The notes beneath the pieces were generated by a model. The model was given only the letters and a program-made list of their open reading frames with translations. It searched no databases and was not told where the DNA came from. From assembly GCF_006345805.1 (NCBI RefSeq), contig NC_043000.1:134168001-134232000 (forward strand): a DNA stretch of 64,000 nucleotides, given 5' to 3'. Of this stretch, positions 14,201-27,560 are shown piece by piece. A program made the position numbers and the translations under genes. Positions within the stretch are counted from its first letter, which is position 1. Every line of letters starts with the position of its first letter. The DNA is from Octopus sinensis. Lineage: Eukaryota.

Positions 14201-15974
14201 GACAGGATCCAACAACTCAGAAGACTATATAAACTTTTAAACAATTATACACTTGCCAATAACCTGATGAGTCAACAAGAGGACTTCTCTGTAGTTGCTT
14301 AACCTACTAGAAATCACAGTCAAATCTATTTTAAATCACACTCTACCATATTTAAGAAAGAAAGAAAGAATATTTTAGATAATGTAGTCCTAGATTTTAA
14401 GAAGCTGTGATGGAAATGGCTGGAATGCCTTTGATCACAGATAGATCTGTTTGATGTTTGATCAGGACTGATACAGTTCAAGACTATATATATATATATA
14501 TGGGATTCGCAGTTTAGGCTTGTTGTAGTAGTAACAACAACAAATATCTTAATGTTAAGAATTAAAGCAAAACAATTGTTTGATAATAATATTAACCCAC
14601 CCACCCCAATTCAGTGTGAAAGTAATTGAGAAACAGTAAAAACGACTACAAGAATAAACAAAAGAATTTTGATCAAGACAGCTGTACAGTAATTTCAAAT
14701 TCTTTTGATCAACCTCTTAAAAGACTAAAATTTTAAAATTTTCAAGACAAAAATGTTATGTAATGGCTCCAACTTTAGACAAATGTTTTACAAGCTGAGA
14801 TTTTAATTTTCTGAAAATCACGAAGTTTGTTTATACTTCAAATAGTTCTATCACAGAGTAACTTCATGCGAAAAACAAGGCTATTAATGGGAATGTATAC
14901 ATTTTCTGTATCAAATATTTGATTACTATCTAAGAAAACATTTCAGAAAAGCTACTAAGAGGAAGTGAAATGATGTATATACTTCAGTCACCCAAACTGT
15001 TTTTCCTTAGCAAGAAAGGGGAGTGGTGAAAGAAAACTAAAACTACACACAAAGTAATACTAAACATATTTACAGTTATAAATGTTATTACCGATATTGA
15101 TTAATAACAAATTTATAAAACTTTTCGTGTATGTGTGCCTGTGTGTGCATATGTTTGTGTGTGTGTGTATATATATGTGTGTTTGTTGCTATAAAATTAA
15201 ATAAAAACTGGGTCATGAAATTCTAACATAATTAACTTATGGCTATTAATACTGAACAGATTTAAAGTGTAAACACATTACTTACCAGTCATTGTTCAAA
15301 ATTCATCTCTCTAAAACTACTTCCAATTTATTATCTTTGCTGCTCCAAATAGGTCACAAAAACAGTGGTCAGAATATCTCCATTGTTATTGTAATTATCA
15401 GTTAAGTACCCAGAAACTGCATATTGCTTCAGTTAAGCTGAAGCCAACAGCTAAAATGTTACAGCCAAAACAGTTAAAAATTTCTATTGCACTTTTAAAC
15501 ATTTTCCCATTTCAAATTGAAAGCTAAGAATTGATAAAAATCCAGATAAACTGTTGAATACTGAAACACGCAAATGTTTATAATTTTTTTTTCTTTTAAA
15601 TATAAGTAACACTAAGTTTATCTCTTCATAAAAGTAGCTTTTGAGGTCCAGTACAAGCTTTGACCATCCTAGAACCGCTTGACCAAACACACATCATGAA
15701 GAGCCTGTTAACATCCAACGTAAAAGTAGGCTTTCTCTGTCAAGACACTTCATGTTTCTTCCGTTTGACTCATTATTGGTGCAGCCAATAGACAATATTC
15801 CCCAAACAAGAGTCATTTCCTTGATTTAAAAAACTGAACTCTCATGGAAATGCCTACTTCAAACAAGCAGAAGGGCAGACAAAAAATAGACACACACACA
15901 CACACCACACACACACACACACTCAAACAAACTGCAAACATTTGCGTAGAGAGTGAAATGAGAGGAGACAGTGA

Positions 15975-16620
15975 ATGTGTAAGAGAGAGAGAGAGAGAGC
16001 GCGAGTGAGAGAGTGAATGAGAGTGAGTGAGAGAGAGTGCATGAGAAAGAGAGAGAGTATGAGACAGAGAGTGAATGAGAGAGTGCATGAAAGAGAGAGA
16101 ATGCATGAGTGAGAGAGAATGCATGGGTGAGAGAGAATGCATGGGTGAGAGAGAGTGAGTGAGTGTGAGTGAGTGATTGAGTGCATGAGTGAGAATGCAT
16201 GAGTGAGAGAGAGTGCATGAGTGTGATAGGGAGTGCATGAGTGAGAGAGAGTGAGTGAGTGACTGCATGAGTGTGAGAGAGAGTGCATGAGGGAGTGAGT
16301 GCATGAGGGAGTGAGTGGATGAGTGAGAGAGTGAGTGAGTGCACGAGTGAGACAGTGCATGAGTGAGAGTGTGCATGAGTGAGAGTGCATGAGTGAGAGT
16401 ATGCATGAGTGAGAGTATGCATGAGTGAGGGTGTGCAAGAGTGAGAGTGTGCATGAGTGAGAGTGTGCATGAGTGAGAGTGTGCATGAGTGAGAGTGTGC
16501 ATGAGTGAGAGTGTGCATGAGTGAGAGTGTGCATGAGTGAGAGTGTGCATGAGTGAGAGTGTGCATGAGTGAGAGTGTGCAAGAGTGAGAGTGTGCAAGA
16601 GTGAGAGTGTGCAAGAGCGA
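15975..16620. repeat. Minisatellite with 16-bp unit GTGAGAGTGTGCATGA, grading into (GA)n
   Basis: Homogeneous run ~16441-16600, increasingly degenerate leftwards. Confidence 0.9.
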
Positions 16621-18112
16621 GAGAGCTACAGAGAAAAGAGGAGAGAGAAAGTGAAGGACAGAGGAGGAGGGAGAGAGAAAGAAGAAAGAAAAGAGAAGTG
16701 AAGATGTAGTCATCATGTCTGAAAGAACACTTAGAAATAAGCGAGACACAATGAACCTTATTACCAGAATAATTTATATTGCTATGGTTACAAAAGAGGC
16801 ATTTTGTGAGTTAATATCTGATACTTCAGATTTTCATCCTCTTGTATATTGGATCTCAACAATTCATAAAAAAAAAAATAACATTTTGAAATGCATGCAC
16901 AGACACACGATTTACTGCACTTTGACACATATAGTGAGAGATGCCAAAGCAAAAGCCTCCAAAAAAAAACCTCTTGACGAATTTGTGGTTAGAAATAATA
17001 TCCAAATCACATGCTACTAACTGGAAAAAAGGAAGGGTATATTGGATAATGTGGTCTTAGGTCTCATTAAAATCACTGGATGCTTATGAGAGAAATGCAT
17101 CTGATCACAGATTAGTTCAATCAGGGTTGACTTTGGTTAAACAACAACATATAAGGAACAGATATAGATTGTAATACCTGTGCACATTAAGGACTTTTTT
17201 TTATATGAGAAGGACATATAATGTTAAACACATTTGTGTAACATGGGCATAATATATTAAAGGCACATTTTAGAAAAATCTGCAAGATAAGTGCAGTAAA
17301 ACATATTTTACTTTTTTTTTTATGAACCTACTTACAGATCATTCAGTTAAAGAACTGATTGCATGAAGAATTTTCCAGGAGAGATAGACACATTAAATTT
17401 TTACAGAATGCTCTAGTGGATATGGGAATACTGCATACAGATTTGTCTGAGGACATTGGTACACTGAATACAGACTGTTCTGGAATTCCCAAATACAGTA
17501 TATAATTATACTTAGATACACATTAGAAATAGTCCATTGGGACACACTGACACACTGCTATTGGTCATACTGGGAATCAGGAAAACAAAGTGCAGAAATG
17601 GGTGTACTAACCAGAGACTTAATATATAGTTATCAAAACACTTTGGGAGGCTTGCACCATACTACAAAACACAGCAGTTGAAACAAATATCCTTGAATTT
17701 AGAACTTTCTGGAAGATATGAACTTTTTTTTTTAATTAATATTTTATTAGAAAATATTGTTCTGGCAATTTTTGTTTCATTCATAGATTTGTAATTATTA
17801 CAGCTGAAAGATTTTCTCGTCACCAAACTTGAAGGACATGTATTCAAAGAAACCTGCAGCAAGACTTATCAGAACTCTCTAAGCTTGAGACTATTCTAAC
17901 AGGTTTTCAAATGAAAAGCCAAATTACAAGACTTCATGCACCACATTAAGTTAATTAGTAACTCAATCAAAAAGTACTGAAACATAAGATTTGAATGATT
18001 CAACTGCAGACCCTGAAATGGTTACTTTAAACTATCAAATCCAGTTTCATTGAAAGATATTGTGACTACACACACACACATTTACAATACATAACAACCA
18101 ATAAATACTGAC

Positions 18113-18188
18113 CACAATCATTTCCGATGGCTCCAAAGTAAGGCACTCGCTGGTCCGCCGTGTACATCCTGGAGGACGTTTGCCAAAA
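18113..18188 (-). CDS. 76-nt exon of the same minus-strand gene. Frame compatible with the 4962-5234 exon: xFGKRPPGCTRRTSECLTLEPSEMIV. May be partly 5' UTR if ATG 18121-18119 is the start
   Basis: Strong polypyrimidine tract plus CAG acceptor (AG at 18190-18189). Donor GTG|GTCAGT (GT at 18112-18111). GC/CpG-rich island in AT-rich DNA. Ends in phase 0 in this frame, matching the downstream exon. Confidence 0.7.
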
Positions 18189-19629
18189 CTGAAAAAGAAA
18201 AGAAAAACTGATATGAAAATCTCATAAAACTTGCTTACGACAGACAAATGCTGTAATTTCTTGTAAAAGTTCATTGATTTTCTGACAACAAAGTAAATAA
18301 ACTGATTAGATTAGTCAACAAGGTCAATAAAACAGATAATCATCATAAAGAAAACTAGAAAAAGTGGCATGGTAATTGATCAGAACCAAGCAATGAGAAG
18401 GAATTCTTTCAAAATATCAAATATCTTTTGAGGAAAACTGTGTGTTTGAATATGCATGATTATAATATATATATATATATTTGTATTTATTATTGTAAGT
18501 TTGTGTGCATAGCCATAAAAATAGAAGTGGAAATGCAAACAAAATGTTTATTTAATCTTATGTGTATATAACAATGCTTATTTAGGTGTTTTTTCAAGGT
18601 TATTTATTTAATATATCATCATCATTTTATATTCCCTATCCCTATGTTTCACAGCATCTTGTTACTATCATTTGTCATCCAGCACACACAGCATCAGAGG
18701 AAACCACCAGTGCTGCATACTTTTTTCTTAAAAGTTCTCATCACCAATCACTTTACAACATGGACTTCTTATTCAAAGTTACTGACATCCTGGACAGGCT
18801 GCCTGCGATGCAGCCCACAAAATCTAGGTTTCCTGTGTCAAGTTCACTTTCTGCTTAACATACTTACCACAAACCCAGAAAGATACCCTTCCTACAAGTA
18901 ATCACTTTCTAATATGGACTGAGAATATTTTATCATGCAATCAACACTCGAGTTGTCTGCAGCAAGGATAAAGTCTTCCCTACCCTATTCTTCATAATAT
19001 CTAATGGTGAAACCAGTTAGCTGCTCTGGCAATGATCATGCTCGGATGGGGCTCTTAGCACTCCCCTAGCACAGATGCCAGTCATCGAATTTGAAATCGA
19101 AATCAAATTTGATGACTGGCATCCATACTAGTGGAGTGCTAAGAGCACCATCCGAGCGAGGTCATTGCCAGTGCTGCTGGACTGACTCCTGTGCAAGTGG
19201 CACTTAAAAAACATCTTGTGAGCATGGCCATTGCCAGTACCGTCTGACTGACCCCCATGCCAGTGGCATGTAAAAGCACCCACTACACTCTCGGAGTGGT
19301 TGGCATTAGGAAGGGCATCCAGCTGTAGAAACTCTGCCAGATCAAGATTGGAGCCTGGTGCAGTCATCTGGTTCACCTGTTCTCAGTCAAATCATCCAAC
19401 CCATGCTAGCATTGAAAGCAGACGTTAAACAATGATGATGAATACAGTACCCAAATAATCTCCAAAGCATCAGCACATATGCATATTCAGAGGTAGGGGA
19501 GAGAAACAAGCTGGCAGACACAGAAGAAAAAGGGAGACAACAGTAAATTGCTAAAAAGTAAACAAAGAATTCACATTTCCTTCAAACATACTGAACAAAC
19601 AGAAATCCAATTTCTGCCTTCAAATTTAA

Positions 19630-19836
19630 CCCATAAACATTTAAACCAGCCATACCTGGTCCAAATATTCTGCCTGTTTTAAGTTGAAAAAAGCCCAATC
19701 TGGACTTTCACACATACCCCACAATGTCATTCTAAATACAAACAATCACATTGAAATGTCGAAGCTACAAGATAATGCATGATTAATTCAAAGCAATAAG
19801 CATTATATTTGACAAAGTAATCTGAATGATAAAGGG
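19630..19836. mobile_element. piggyBac-type MITE of another family, degraded
   Basis: TTAA|CCC ... GAATGATAAAGGG|TTAA. Confidence 0.6.
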
Positions 19837-20006
19837 TTAATCAACTGAAGAATCTGCATAACCTGAAACCCTCCCCAATAAATCTTCAGTGTGTTTGATT
19901 TTGAGAATTAGATGTGAAGACAATGCAGTAGACTGTTTTTGCCAGTTACAGGGATGAGAACAAACCAACACTGGCTGTCAAGCAGTGGTGGTGGTACAAA
20001 CACAAC

Positions 20007-20062
<56 letters not shown>

Positions 20063-21236
20063 CATACACACAACAGGCTTCCAAACAGTTTCCATTTAGA
20101 AAATTCCCTCACATGGCATTGGTCAGCTTGGGGGTATAGAAGAAAACACTTGGCCAGAGGCTGAGCAGTGGAACTGAACTCAAAACCACATGGCTGCAAA
20201 GTAAGCTTCTAAACCACATCCATGCCAGTATGCCAAGTCTGTTCAGTGCTGGTATCTTTCTTTCTAACAACAATTAATGGGAGTGATATCAGAGAATAAC
20301 AAGTGAAAGTAAGCTAAGCAAGGTGTTCTGTACAGGACCAGAACACAAATGGCTACAGCAAGCCTTGGACATGTGACTATTGTAGTCAATAGTCCAGCAC
20401 TTCAAGCTACTAGTTCCTGTGCCTGTTTGAGTGCAATCTGAACTGTTGAAAGTTGATATTTACAGAGAAAACATGAACAGGATGTGGATTTCGCTAATCA
20501 GAAAACTGATTCTGATAGAGATAGACAGATGGAGAAACAAAGTGGGGGAAAAGGCTAAGGACAGAATCAATACTTATTAAATGTAGTAGGGGGAACATTA
20601 TTGACTAATTTGAGCAAGACTTTATAAACTTGCAAAACAGTGCAGTTAAACCATGAAATATTAACTCTACCTCTTTCAATAACACTTCTGCATGTACATG
20701 TGTGTAATAAAAAATAACAAAGAGACCGTTTCTGAGGCCATCTTGCAAAATGTTTTCTTAACAAAGGACTGTGATCCCATTGTCACAGTGCTGGCTTTAA
20801 CAGACACGTTGCATAGCGCTACTTTGGCTAATTTGATGTATATGAAGGCTATGGCTAAGGTACAAAGAATGAAGAAGGATCAAAGCTCTTTCAGTTCTGC
20901 GATGAAAGTGAGCTAACAACTTGCAACACTAACTTCAGGAAACCAGCCAGCAGTCTGATTACCTACTAATCTGGCAAATATACAGCCAAATAGACTCCAT
21001 ACTCACCAGGAAGTAAGACAACTAACTGGTTGTGAATATTAGATTTTTCCCTACAGAAGAGTGTACCACAGACTAACAACCAATGACCTAAGTGCAATAC
21101 AGGCTCAGAGGTGATTTGGAGAAAGAAGATATGGAAGATGAAGGATCTCTTGACCAGAGTAGATTCAGAGAAGTACTTGATGACACATTATAAAAGGAGG
21201 AGAAAGAAAAATATGTACAACATAGAAAATATATGA

Positions 21237-21273
<37 letters not shown>

Positions 21274-21289
21274 CAAGACCCTGCTGCAA

Positions 21290-22440
21290 ACCACAAAAGA
21301 GATCTGTGTTTAACACAAAGATGAAAGACTATCATGGTGGTGGAGAAATGGAATGATACAGTAAATACAGTCATAAAAAGCTTTGAGACAAACCTGAAAA
21401 AGTGGAAGGAAGGAAGAATAGTAGGCGGCTAGATTAGAAGATATACATCACCTATACTAAACAACTGTAGGAACTCACTAAGTTAGACATATAACTTCTT
21501 TTTCTGCATTGTGAAGATCAAAGCAATGCCAATGCAAGTCAAGAAGTTAGGGAAAAGTATGTGCAGAGAGATAGCTCCTATTGATGCTAAAATGAAAGGA
21601 GAGAAGTGCTACTATGAGGAGCATGGAGAGAGGCAGGAGGGATAACGAGAGAGAGAACAAGGGAGAAAGAACAAGAGAGAGAGCAAGGGAGAGAGAACAA
21701 GAGAGAGAGAGAAAGAAATGATAAGGTTAAAGATTTTCTAAAGAAGCTACAACAGAGGAATCAAATTGATGAACAAAGTTCCAAAAGTAACAAAATGAGT
21801 TATAGTACAGACAGCTAATTAAGAAGATAATTAGCTTAAATGTGATACAGTTTAGATCTGTACCAAGAGGTACAGGTACTCTCCTTTCAGTGGGACAACT
21901 AAATGAGTTTTTAACAAACCATTATGCATGGCATTTGTTAAACTGGAAAAGGCCTTTCACAGGATACCATGTTCTTTAGTCTTGTCTATGAAAACAAGAT
22001 GCAGATAAATTGCTTGTGAATGTAATTCAAACTATGTGCAGAAATGTCATCACCATGGTAAACAATAACAAGCTCAGCAAAGAATTTAGCAAGCAGGATG
22101 TTGTCTATCAGGGGTCAGTTTTCAAACTCCTACTTATAGTTCTCCATGCCATAACAGAGGAGTTTAAGACTGGGTGTCCATAGGAACATCTGTATGTTGA
22201 GCTTAGAAGCAAGAGGCTTCAAAGTAAACTTAAAACAAAATTCTAATTAGCAGGAAAGAAATCAGGTATGCTACATTCTGGGAAATTGTTATGTTTAGTA
22301 TGCAGGAAAAGGTTTATGTCTAGATAAACTATGAATGCCCAGTAGATGCAAAAGCATCACAAGCCGGCTGACAGAGAAAACTTCACATGTAGCAAGCGAA
22401 CAGAGCAGTGCTGAATTGCGGGTCTTGTTTGCACTTCATA
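21290..22440 (+). mobile_element. Heavily degraded RTE LINE RT remnant
   Basis: Manual translation gives SWWWRNG, NKPLCMAFVKLEKAFHR (D.EKAFD motif), a QGS-like block and TEEFKTGCP, with many stops and frameshifts. Confidence 0.65.
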
Positions 22441-22989
22441 GGTTAGTAGTTAATAGGCATTGAAATATTTCTTTTAACTCCAAAGAGAAAGGCTACTCTC
22501 TCAATTACAGATTTTGAGGTCATCGCCAGTGCCGCTGGACTGGCTCCTGTGCAGGTGGCACATAAAAAGCACCATTTGGGTGTGGCTGTTGCCAGTACCA
22601 CCAAACTGGCCCTCGTGCCGGTGGCACGTAAAAGCACCCACTACACTCTCGAAGGGCATCCAGTGTAGAAACTCTGCCAGATCAGAATGGAGTCTGGTTT
22701 GCCAGACCTCAGTAAAATTGTTCAACCCATGCTAGCATGGAAAGCAGACGTTAAATGATGATGAAAGATGTGCACTCACCAAGAATTCTTCTCTGATAAT
22801 AGAGCCTAGCATTTGGAGCACTGGCTGCCTGTAACTCATGTTTAGAGCAGTGCAGTCTTATGGTGTTTTCTTGACATGCAGTTATTGTGGTGTTTTTTTG
22901 TTGTTGTTATTTTTCCTATTGAAGGAAACAAAATTAGCATGATCCTACTGGAGGATGTTTTCAAGGTCTCTTTTCATGGAGTCAATGGA

Positions 22990-23390
22990 TAAACTGGTGT
23001 AGGGTGCCTAGGTTGCATGTAGATAATGCTTTGGTGCACAAAAAATTACAGAGGAATGAAAGGTGGTATCATGTGAATAGAAAAGTGGGTATGGTTGGAG
23101 GTGATGGCAAGTATACCAAGGTAAAGGAGAAAGAATATAGGGAAACAAAACTGAAACCTGGGGTATACCAAAGTTGATAGACTGTGGATAAGGGAGACCC
23201 ATCAGTGCATGCTGCAACAGTATACTCCAATAAGAAACCAATGATTCAAGAGATGAAAGACGGGCGAAATCATTAAGTAGGCAGTTTTCACAGGAGACTC
23301 ATGTTCCAGATGAGTCAAAAGCTTTGTTGATACAACACTACTTATGTGAAATTTCTTAAGGGCAAGAGCCCCATTGGCAAATGGCAAGGA
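22990..23390 (-). mobile_element. Degraded CR1/L2-type LINE reverse transcriptase fragment
   Basis: Minus-strand INKAFDS (D.SKAFD), then GIPQVSVLFP...FYSHDT (GVPQGSVL.P...YADD) in the expected order. Confidence 0.6.
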
Positions 23391-24882
23391 AAAGCAGGTC
23401 TCAAGTAGATCAAAATTTGCAAAAGTTGTTAAGTTAACTATAAAACTTAACTAGCAACAAACAATTTAATGCCTTTCTAAAAGAATCTCTTGAAAAAATA
23501 TCACAGCAGCATGAAATGGCATAAATATTTCACACATAAAATAATTTGATGTAAAATTTAAGTTTACAATTTATATATTTTAAGGAATATTGCTTTAAAT
23601 ATTAATTATCTTTATAAACTATTTGCATAAACTGAGTTAACTATCTGAATAAACTATAAGCATTAATATTTTCTAATCAAATTCACACACTAATATTTAA
23701 AATATGAATTTTACAAACAAACAAATAAAAATTAACTGAACTGATAATGAAATCAAATTCTTAAAAGCAAATGTCAGGCCAAGGTAAAAAAAAAAAAAAC
23801 CATACATTTTATTTCATATAATCATTAAAATACTTCTTACATATTTTCTCAAAGTGTTAGTAGTAACTTAAGAATGTGATCTTCACTTCCATACATTTAA
23901 AATATTCAAACTAAATAGATAACCTTTTTAGGTAAATAACTAATAGGTTTCCAATATTAAGATGAAGTAGGATACTTTATGGCTGGAGTTCTTATGTACC
24001 AACTAACACACATACAGTCAGACCAATGATATCAGCCACAGCTGTTAGTTGTCTAATAAGAGCCAGCAGCAATATAAAAGTTACAAAGTAGGTTATTTTC
24101 TATATATTTTATAGTAGATTCTTTTTCTATAACAGACAAGTAATTGATATGAAAGTCTATGTAGTGGCTTAATGACATCATATTAAACAAGAGAAGTGCC
24201 TGTTTCAAATCAACGTTCCAGCTAAAGTCTATGTTGCTTTATTACTGATTTGTTGTAGAATTAAAAAATTTGGGGGGGCATAAATCCCTTTTATTTTGGT
24301 ACGTATGTGTGTATGGTGTATCTGTGTTAGTGATGTGTGTGTATTTACAGTGTGTGTATGTGTGTAGGGTCGAGGGAAGGGGTGCTGTGTGTGTGGTGCA
24401 TGTTCACAAGTTTGCATACCCTACCAGTATAGTGTTACTGAGTTACCAACCACATCTGTATTGCAGGTTCAAATCCTGACCAAGCCATTTTATGTGCTCT
24501 TCACACCTGTGATTTCCAGCTGTATCCATTTGATTTTCTGCAAGAACCTACAACTAAACATGTTGAAGGATTCTACAAAATGTTAAGCTTGATAATTTCT
24601 GATGACCTTTCAGTGCAATCACATATCTAAAACATGGTAAAAACTGTATCCCAATGACTAGGTTTCCCCTTCAACTTTCAAAAGCAACTGACCTTCTGTA
24701 AAGCACAAATGCGGCTCACATATCAGAGATATGTGCAGCTGCTACACACACACACACACACACACACTTTCGTATCTATAGAAGAGGTTAGCTAGTTGTC
24801 AAACTGCCACTTTCTAGTACAGTACAACTACTGACCCATCAATTTATTGGATCCTCTTTTACTATTGGTTCCTACAATGGTT

Positions 24883-24990
24883 CTTACATATTTTCTCAAT
24901 AGTTCCTACATTTCTACAAAAATGAACTGGACCAATCTTACATATTTTCTCAATAGTTCCGACATTTCTACAAAAATGAACTGGACCAAG
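24883..24990. repeat. Tandem duplication of 2 x 54 bp
   Basis: CTTACATATTTTCTCAATAGTTCC(T/G)ACATTTCTACAAAAATGAACTGGACCAA occurs twice. Confidence 0.9.
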
Positions 24991-25298
24991 CTATGTACAT
25001 TCATCCTCTATTTTTGTCAAATCTATTGTCTCACCCACACATCTCACATTAAACATTGGCATGCAACTCTATGGATCTCCTGTCAAACAGTAAAAGACAC
25101 TCATGAGTTTTGAGAGCTTATAGACTACATTGTCCTAATATATATGGTTAATTCACATTACTTTGTAAGGTGCAAAGGGCTGGTTTCCTGGTTTCTCTGG
25201 TGTATATTTTCCTCCCTGGAGAGGATACCAGTCCATTGCAAGATAACTTACTTTAATAGCTGAGTGAACTGGAGCAACATAAAATGAAGTGTTTTTCT

Positions 25299-25466
25299 CA
25301 AAGACACAATGCATTACCCAAGCCAGGAGTCAAAGACACAAGGCATTACCCAATCCAGGAATCAAAGACAATGCATTACCCAAGCCAGGAGTCAAAGACA
25401 CAATGCATTACCCAAGCCAGGAATCAAAGACACAATGCATTACCCAATCTTGGAATCAAAGACACA
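25299..25466. repeat. Tandem repeat of ~5 x 32 bp (CAAAGACACAATGCATTACCCAAGCCAGGAGT)
   Basis: Units read directly. One unit has a 2-bp deletion. Lies inside a reverse family C SINE. Confidence 0.9.
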
Positions 25467-25767
25467 GTCGATTAGATTGGCTCCAGTACACAACTGGTAC
25501 TTAATTTAACAACCTTAAAACGATGAAAGGCAAAGCTGATCACAGCAAGCAATGCCCACAATTAAGTTCGTCAGTGGCTCCGTCTTTGTAAATGGAATTA
25601 GTTTCTCTGCAATAGGCAGTGGAAGTACTCAACAATTGATGCATGCAGTATTTGTCTCAAACACAGAGGAACTCTTCAGTAATGGCTCAATGATATACTC
25701 TATCATAATTACTGCTGCTGCTATCTATATAGCAAAGTTTGATAATGCACAATAGCAACATTATAAT

Positions 25768-25800
<33 letters not shown>

Positions 25801-27327
25801 ACACACACATACATACATACGTACATACATACACACACACACAAAAATATTGAATATGATTATGGACTTTTTTTTTTTAAATAATTATCTCTCAAGTTGG
25901 TAACTAAGAAAATCTAGTAACCAAATATAAAACTTTAAAAAGATACTAAAAACAGACAAAAAAAAACCCATGCATTTTATGTTTTAATTAGATATTTTAG
26001 CTGTTAAAAGAAAATCAATGTTTCTATAGCTACCTACACACTTTTAGTTCAAACAGATGGTACCCACCTTATTCTAAAAATATGTCTAATGCAAAAAAAA
26101 TCATTTTTAAAAATAAATTTGTCTTCAAAAATGTTTTCTTTTTCTGTTATAACAGCAAAGAATTGTAAATAGGCTCAAGAGCAGAAATTCTGTGAGAGTT
26201 GTATAGTTGATTATATTGATCCCCCCTATCAACCTTGGAAGGGTGAGAATGTTTATCTTGATAGGGTTTGATCTTGCAAAGTAAAGAGATGCATCTAGAT
26301 AGCAAGGCATTTTGTCCATCTCTCTACCAATTTTGCCAGCCACAGCTCAACCCTATTAAAGTAATGGTAAATTCTGTGTAATTTCAATAAAGTTTTAGGC
26401 AAATGATTTTGTTTCAAATTGGAGTTATTTATTCTGTCATTCTGCATGAGAAAATTTTAAGTGGAAATGTTAAAGTGAAAATTTTCTCTTTGTTGATGGC
26501 TTAGGTCATAGGCTTTTGACACTATTATTAACTATGTGATAACAAAGTCCTTAAAGCAAGGTTTTTGTAACATAGAATATCAAAATACTAAGTGCTTTAA
26601 CTGCTTCAATTACCCATAATCAGACTGAATTATGTATTTAATGCTTTTGTTTCAAATTATACAGGTGGTGCTAGCAATAAAAAAAAAAATTTTGACTGGA
26701 TGTTGTTACACATTTAACAACTGTCAAACAAGTCAAGAGAATAATTGCAGAGCCAAATAGAGATATTCAGCAAATAGCCACCTCCACTCCAAACAAACAA
26801 ACAAAAAAAGGAGATAAGCCTGGAAATAAATTTAACAATTGTTTTCATTTAAATATTCTTAAAGATGATCAAATATATAGATGGGAAAAGTCCCATAACC
26901 TTTAATGAATCATTAGGTCATGAATAAATGTTTTATCGTTATGGTGTGTCATGTATGGGAGTCCATCTCTTTGAGTACCACAAAGATGGAGAGAGAAAAA
27001 AAACACTATTTCTTCTGGTTCTTCATGTTATGGGATTAGATCCTGCAAAGGTCAACCTTGCCTTTTGTCCTTTTGGGATTGCAAAAACAGAATACCAGAA
27101 GAGTACTGATGAAGATGGTATTGACCTCAAAACTGCTTACCTTGTACCTAAATCAGAAATAATAACGACAGTTCTTTCTACTGTAGGTGCAAGCCCCGAA
27201 ATTTTGGAGGGAGGGGGCTAGTTGATTACATCAACTCCAGAGCTCAATGGACACTTATTTCATTGAACCTCAAAGAATGAAAGGCACAAGACAGACAGTA
27301 TTAAGGGGAAAGGTGTTAGTCAATACC

Positions 27328-27560
27328 TATTTCTTTATTATCCACAAAGGGCTAAACACAGAGGGGACAAACAAGGACAGACATAGGTATTAAGTCGATT
27401 ACATCGACCCCAGTGCGTAACTGGTACTTAATTTATCGACCCCGAAAGGATGAAAGGCAAAGTCGACCTCAGCGGAATTTGAACTCACAACATAACGCAG
27501 ATGAAATACCGCTAAGCATTTCGCCCAGCGTGCTACCGTTTCTGCCAGCTCGCCGCCTTT
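27328..27560 (-). mobile_element. Young SINE family A copy with 14-bp TSD, nested in an older family A copy
   Basis: Reverse complement of the 1655-1876 element with CpGs retained. TSD TGTTAGTCAATACC at 27314-27327 and 27561-27574. Confidence 0.9.

Noticed and set aside
15813-16749. Three long overlapping ORFs (219-296 aa) of HTLTHAHSHSC repeats
   Set aside because: The 16-bp minisatellite unit has no stop codon in any minus frame, so all three frames are open by composition.
25299-25466. Regular ~32-bp repeats as a possible CRISPR array
   Set aside because: Repeats are contiguous with no unique spacers, the context is eukaryotic SINE DNA, and there are no cas genes.
27141-27147. Possible 7-nt microexon GTACAAG between TTTAG and GTAAGC on the minus strand
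   Set aside because: Not a multiple of 3, weak pyrimidine tract, and the acceptor side abuts a SINE tail. Needs junction reads.
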